DNA of 62,825 bases, counting the filler, from Sphacelaria rigidula (Eukaryota): the NCBI GenBank assembly GCA_964200075.2. It is 6 parts of 6 records of this genome, joined end to end, with 100 filler letters (N's around TTAATTAATTAA, not from the genome) between each part and the next. Parts side by side here need not be neighbours in the genome. Positions count along the whole stretch, not along the records: positions 52,440 to 62,825 come from CAXNAA020006598.1; 5 more parts are not named here. The stretch is one strand, 5' to 3'. Positions 59,567-62,825 of the stretch are shown here, in pieces. The translations under genes were made by a program, and so were the position numbers. Below the pieces are notes generated by a model. It worked only from the letters and a program-made list of their open reading frames with translations. It was not told where the DNA came from and did not search any database. Every line of letters starts with the position of its first letter. Positions within the stretch are counted from its first letter, which is position 1.

Positions 59567-61976
59567 CGGGCTGGGCCAGCCTAGGAGCAGATCAGCAGGT
59601 TGCGGGCCCATTCTTACCTCATTGTTGAGAACTGAATTTTGATGCTTGGCATTTAGAACCAGCAGGGCATATTTTGAAAAAAGATCAAAACGCCGAGATA
59701 GCTTTTTCGTGAGTTAGAGTCAAAATAAATAGTCGTGCGTCATGAAAGAAATAATCTCGACGTCCCGAGTTATTTTTTATTAGTATGCCTTGTTAATTGT
59801 CCACACCAGATTCAAGGTTAAACGCTTTACATTGAGACGAGAATCGGTGACTCACAACCTGGGTCGGTCGAGATCCGGTGCAGTATTTGCAGGCGATATA
59901 CCAGCCCAGGTTTGACGCTTTTGCTTTGACATGTTGTGTGGAGAATCGCCGAGACACAGTAAAAGAGAGGGAAATGTTTATTTTTTCATGAGTTCGGGAC
60001 GTTTTGTGTAGTAAGGCCACCACTAGTGGGCGCCGTTCAGAGATGTATCTTTCAAAACAATTATCGCGGTTCTTTGCCTGCCGCGATCCTAAGCGGGGAC
60101 AAAAAAGGTACATTTTCATGACATAAGGTTGGAGTTGTACATATGGCACCTAGTTGTACACCTGTACAATAGCACCCGACGAAGGCCTAATAGCTGCACA
60201 GCCATCACGTGACTTTTTCAATTTTTTGTCAACAGTTTTTTGTTCCCACTCAAATTCTGTGCATACCACTAGCGGTAGTACAGCATCTCAGGCAATCTCG
60301 AGCGTAGGTCAAAACGCATTCGTAGGGTTCACACGCACTACAGTGAGTACGACAACAACTACAGCGTAGACATGATGGATGTGGGGTTCACAAACGACGC
60401 TATGTATCCAACACACCATGATCGCGCTTTCGCGAGCGTGTACCGACCGGGACACAACAAAACTACAGTAATTCAGGCGATCCTCAGTGCAGATCAAACC
60501 GTATTTGCAGGGCACCACACTACTGTGTCAGCTACGGTTTCACCGAGGACCTCGTTCGTTGGGAAAGAGCTCTACTGACTGTACGACTCGTGAAGCATTT
60601 CAACTTCCACAAGGCAGCGCCGCCTGCCGACTGCAGTTGTTCGGATCACAATGACAGCATTACAGCGGCTCAGGTATTTCCAACAGAGACCAAGCAGTTT
60701 TTGCAAGGTCTAAAAACACGACAGCGCAGTGACACGCGCAGCACATGAGAGACCCGTATATTTGTGCTGCAGTACAATTAAACATGACATGTCCCTTATT
60801 TTACTTCTTGTGGAAAATTTCAAACAGGCCCCCAAGCGTTTAGAATCGTCTCCCGATTCTGAGCGCTTGGCCAGAATTTGGGGTCTGTGAGCAATGCTAC
60901 GGTAGGGGTGCACTTTTTTCGCGAAATTTTGTCTGGTTCTGGGGCTCCTAACGATTCTACACGCAGAAGAATACGGGTCAGGGTATCCCCGTTTGCAGAT
61001 TTATTGGGGATATCACCAGTACATTGGAATAGGAATCCTGACGTAGTCTCGCATATTTTCATAAGTCGTGTTTTGGATGAGGTAAAGGGCTCCTAACAAT
61101 TCCAACCTCAGAAAATATTTGTGTACCCCTACCGTAGCATCACTCCTGTTCAGAATTCTGGGGGTCACTTTTGTTCATATCGTCTCGGTTTTGCTCGATA
61201 AAGTGTCTCTAGTTACCACTGGTTGAAAAAAATATCAAAAAGAATTGAACGGCTCCCATTAGAGTCGATCTAAGGACCAATTTTCCATGAGAACGCCCTG
61301 AGCCGACGAAAAACTATGAAGGCTCACCTTCATTTTGTTTTCGGTATTCCCTTGCGATTATCTGTACTCATTTTTAAATCACAATTCTAGAAAATAAGCT
61401 GAGACGCTGAGGTAAGGGCCAAAAACAATGTCCGTTTTTCACGATAACGTCCTTGACCCATGAAAAACAAATCTGGAGGTCGTGAACGCTTTGTTTTTAT
61501 TATACCCTTGCAATAAGCCGTACCAAAATTCAAATCACATCTCTTAAAACTGATACGCGAAATCCAAAGTTAGTGCATGAAGTACCTCTGCACGTAATAC
61601 CTTGTGTTTCGTATAGAATCTCGTATGCATCGTATCTCTAGATAAATAACGAATCAGGTTAAGGTGGGAGTATCGATCGTTTCCCCATGCCCCAGGGAAC
61701 GGGTGTTTGAACGAAAAATAACCATTATCTTTTACTGCACAAATCGGTCGGGTTTTCATATAGACTTCAGCATAGACCCTATCTCCGTATGGTCTAGGAA
61801 TTACTCGACATGCTGTTGAATCAACGAGGGAAAAATGGCTGAGGCTTTTGAGCAGATGGCATCTCCCCATTGATTGGACTATTTAAAATGTATGTAGCGG
61901 ATCACGGCCCAATTCGTCTGTGTCGATGAGATATGGCTATGACAGCTTCAATCGGTTTCAAGGCTGGCCCAGCTTG
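59567..61976. mobile_element. Long (2.4 kb) non-autonomous Tc1/mariner-like element related to 12267-13466
   Basis: TA|CGGGCTGGGCCAGCCT ... AGGCTGGCCCAGCTTG|TG; diverged subterminal homology at both ends; no transposase motif recognised. Confidence 0.7.
60889..61145. mobile_element. GAG...CTC MITE, second subfamily (Sola-like), nested
   Basis: TIR gagcaatgctacggtagggg / cccctaccgtagcatcactc; perfect 4-bp TSD ctgt. Confidence 0.85.
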
Positions 61977-62188
61977 TGTAGCAGATTCTCTGCTTCTAAC
62001 CGATGGGTGGAGGACATTTCGGCTTTGTGCACAAAGATGAAATCAAGCAAGCGCCTCCCGAACGGTTTGTTTGCGACAGCACACTACTCCCCCTACCCCC
62101 CCCCGGCGGCCGAACTTGGGTGGGGGCAAGAGTATACGAAAAAAAGTCCATAACACACAGTTCGTGTTTTTCAATTTCGGCGCTTTAG

Positions 62189-62270
62189 AGGGGGGGGGGG
62201 GGTTCTCATTTGTTGCTTGCCTTGTCCATTTGACCATTTGACCTCGCATCCCTTTCGAGATGGAGCATTC
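62189..62270 (-). mobile_element. Oligo(C)-ended family Y copy
   Basis: (G)n ttctcatttgttgcttgcc...cgcatccctttcgagatggagca. Confidence 0.6.
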
Positions 62271-62758
62271 CCATCCCTAATAGAGACACCTCCAAAATTT
62301 GGGCGATGATTACGCTTCTTCCGTGCATTAAACAATGTTTTTGACAAATCTCATCACCTTCCTGATTTTCCGGCTGTGACCATCATCTATCTCCCAATAT
62401 AGTTATTTTGTTCGCTGCTTTCTTTTATGCTTGCTTCGTTTATTTCCCCTTTTTTCCTCTGCCACGTCCCGTTTCTCCTTGTATAGTTCACATTCTGTCA
62501 CTGCATAAGTTTTACTCTCCGTTTCTTTCACCGCAGGGGCAGTTCTGTGGATTAACTTTATCCTCCACTCGACTTCGGTTGTACCTCTTCTGCAGGTCCA
62601 GGTCTCCCATCCAAAATCGCAATTTCAGTTTTTTTCGCGGAGTCCATTAGGCCGTGCAGGTATGTCTTCATCCCTATCCCCTCCCTTAACCCCACCAATA
62701 TGTTCAGGTGCCCTGCGTCTCCGCGCTTCTTTTCCCCTCGTCCCCGCCATCGTATCTC

Positions 62759-62825
62759 GAGTGATGCTACGGTAGGGGTTCAGAAATAATTTCTGAGGTT
62801 AGAATTGTTAGGAGCCCCTTATCTC
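62759..62825. mobile_element. End of a GAG...CTC MITE truncated by the window end
   Basis: Reverse complement matches 61085-61145. Confidence 0.75.

Overview
Eukaryotic, intron-rich and repeat-dense DNA. Short GT-AG exons, long introns and the repeat landscape suggest a brown alga (Phaeophyceae); this is inference only. The window is not one locus. It is six unplaced contigs of 10389, 10389, 10388, 10387, 10386 and 10386 bp, sorted by length and joined by 100-bp N/TTAATTAATTAA spacers, so nothing can be inferred across the gaps. Host genes are partial: a 4-exon polyQ gene of unknown function (contig 1), the first exon of an MRG/Eaf3-like chromo-barrel gene head-to-head with a probable signal-peptide gene (contig 3), and three phase-0 exons of a MORN-repeat gene (contig 6). 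The rest is mobile DNA: decayed Ty1/copia and chromodomain-bearing Ty3/gypsy elements, Tc1/mariner-, hAT- and Sola-like MITEs, tRNA-derived SINEs, (CAA)n-tailed retroposon ends and fold-back repeats. The most unusual signals are (1) retroposon-like families ending in oligo(C), with the C run inside the target duplication, (2) a composite hAT-like element carrying a coding-like passenger, (3) a fold-back element built from tRNA-derived sequence, and (4) one-repeat-per-exon MORN architecture. No CRISPR array, rRNA or convincing intact tRNA gene was seen. No complete novel multi-gene system can be supported from this window.
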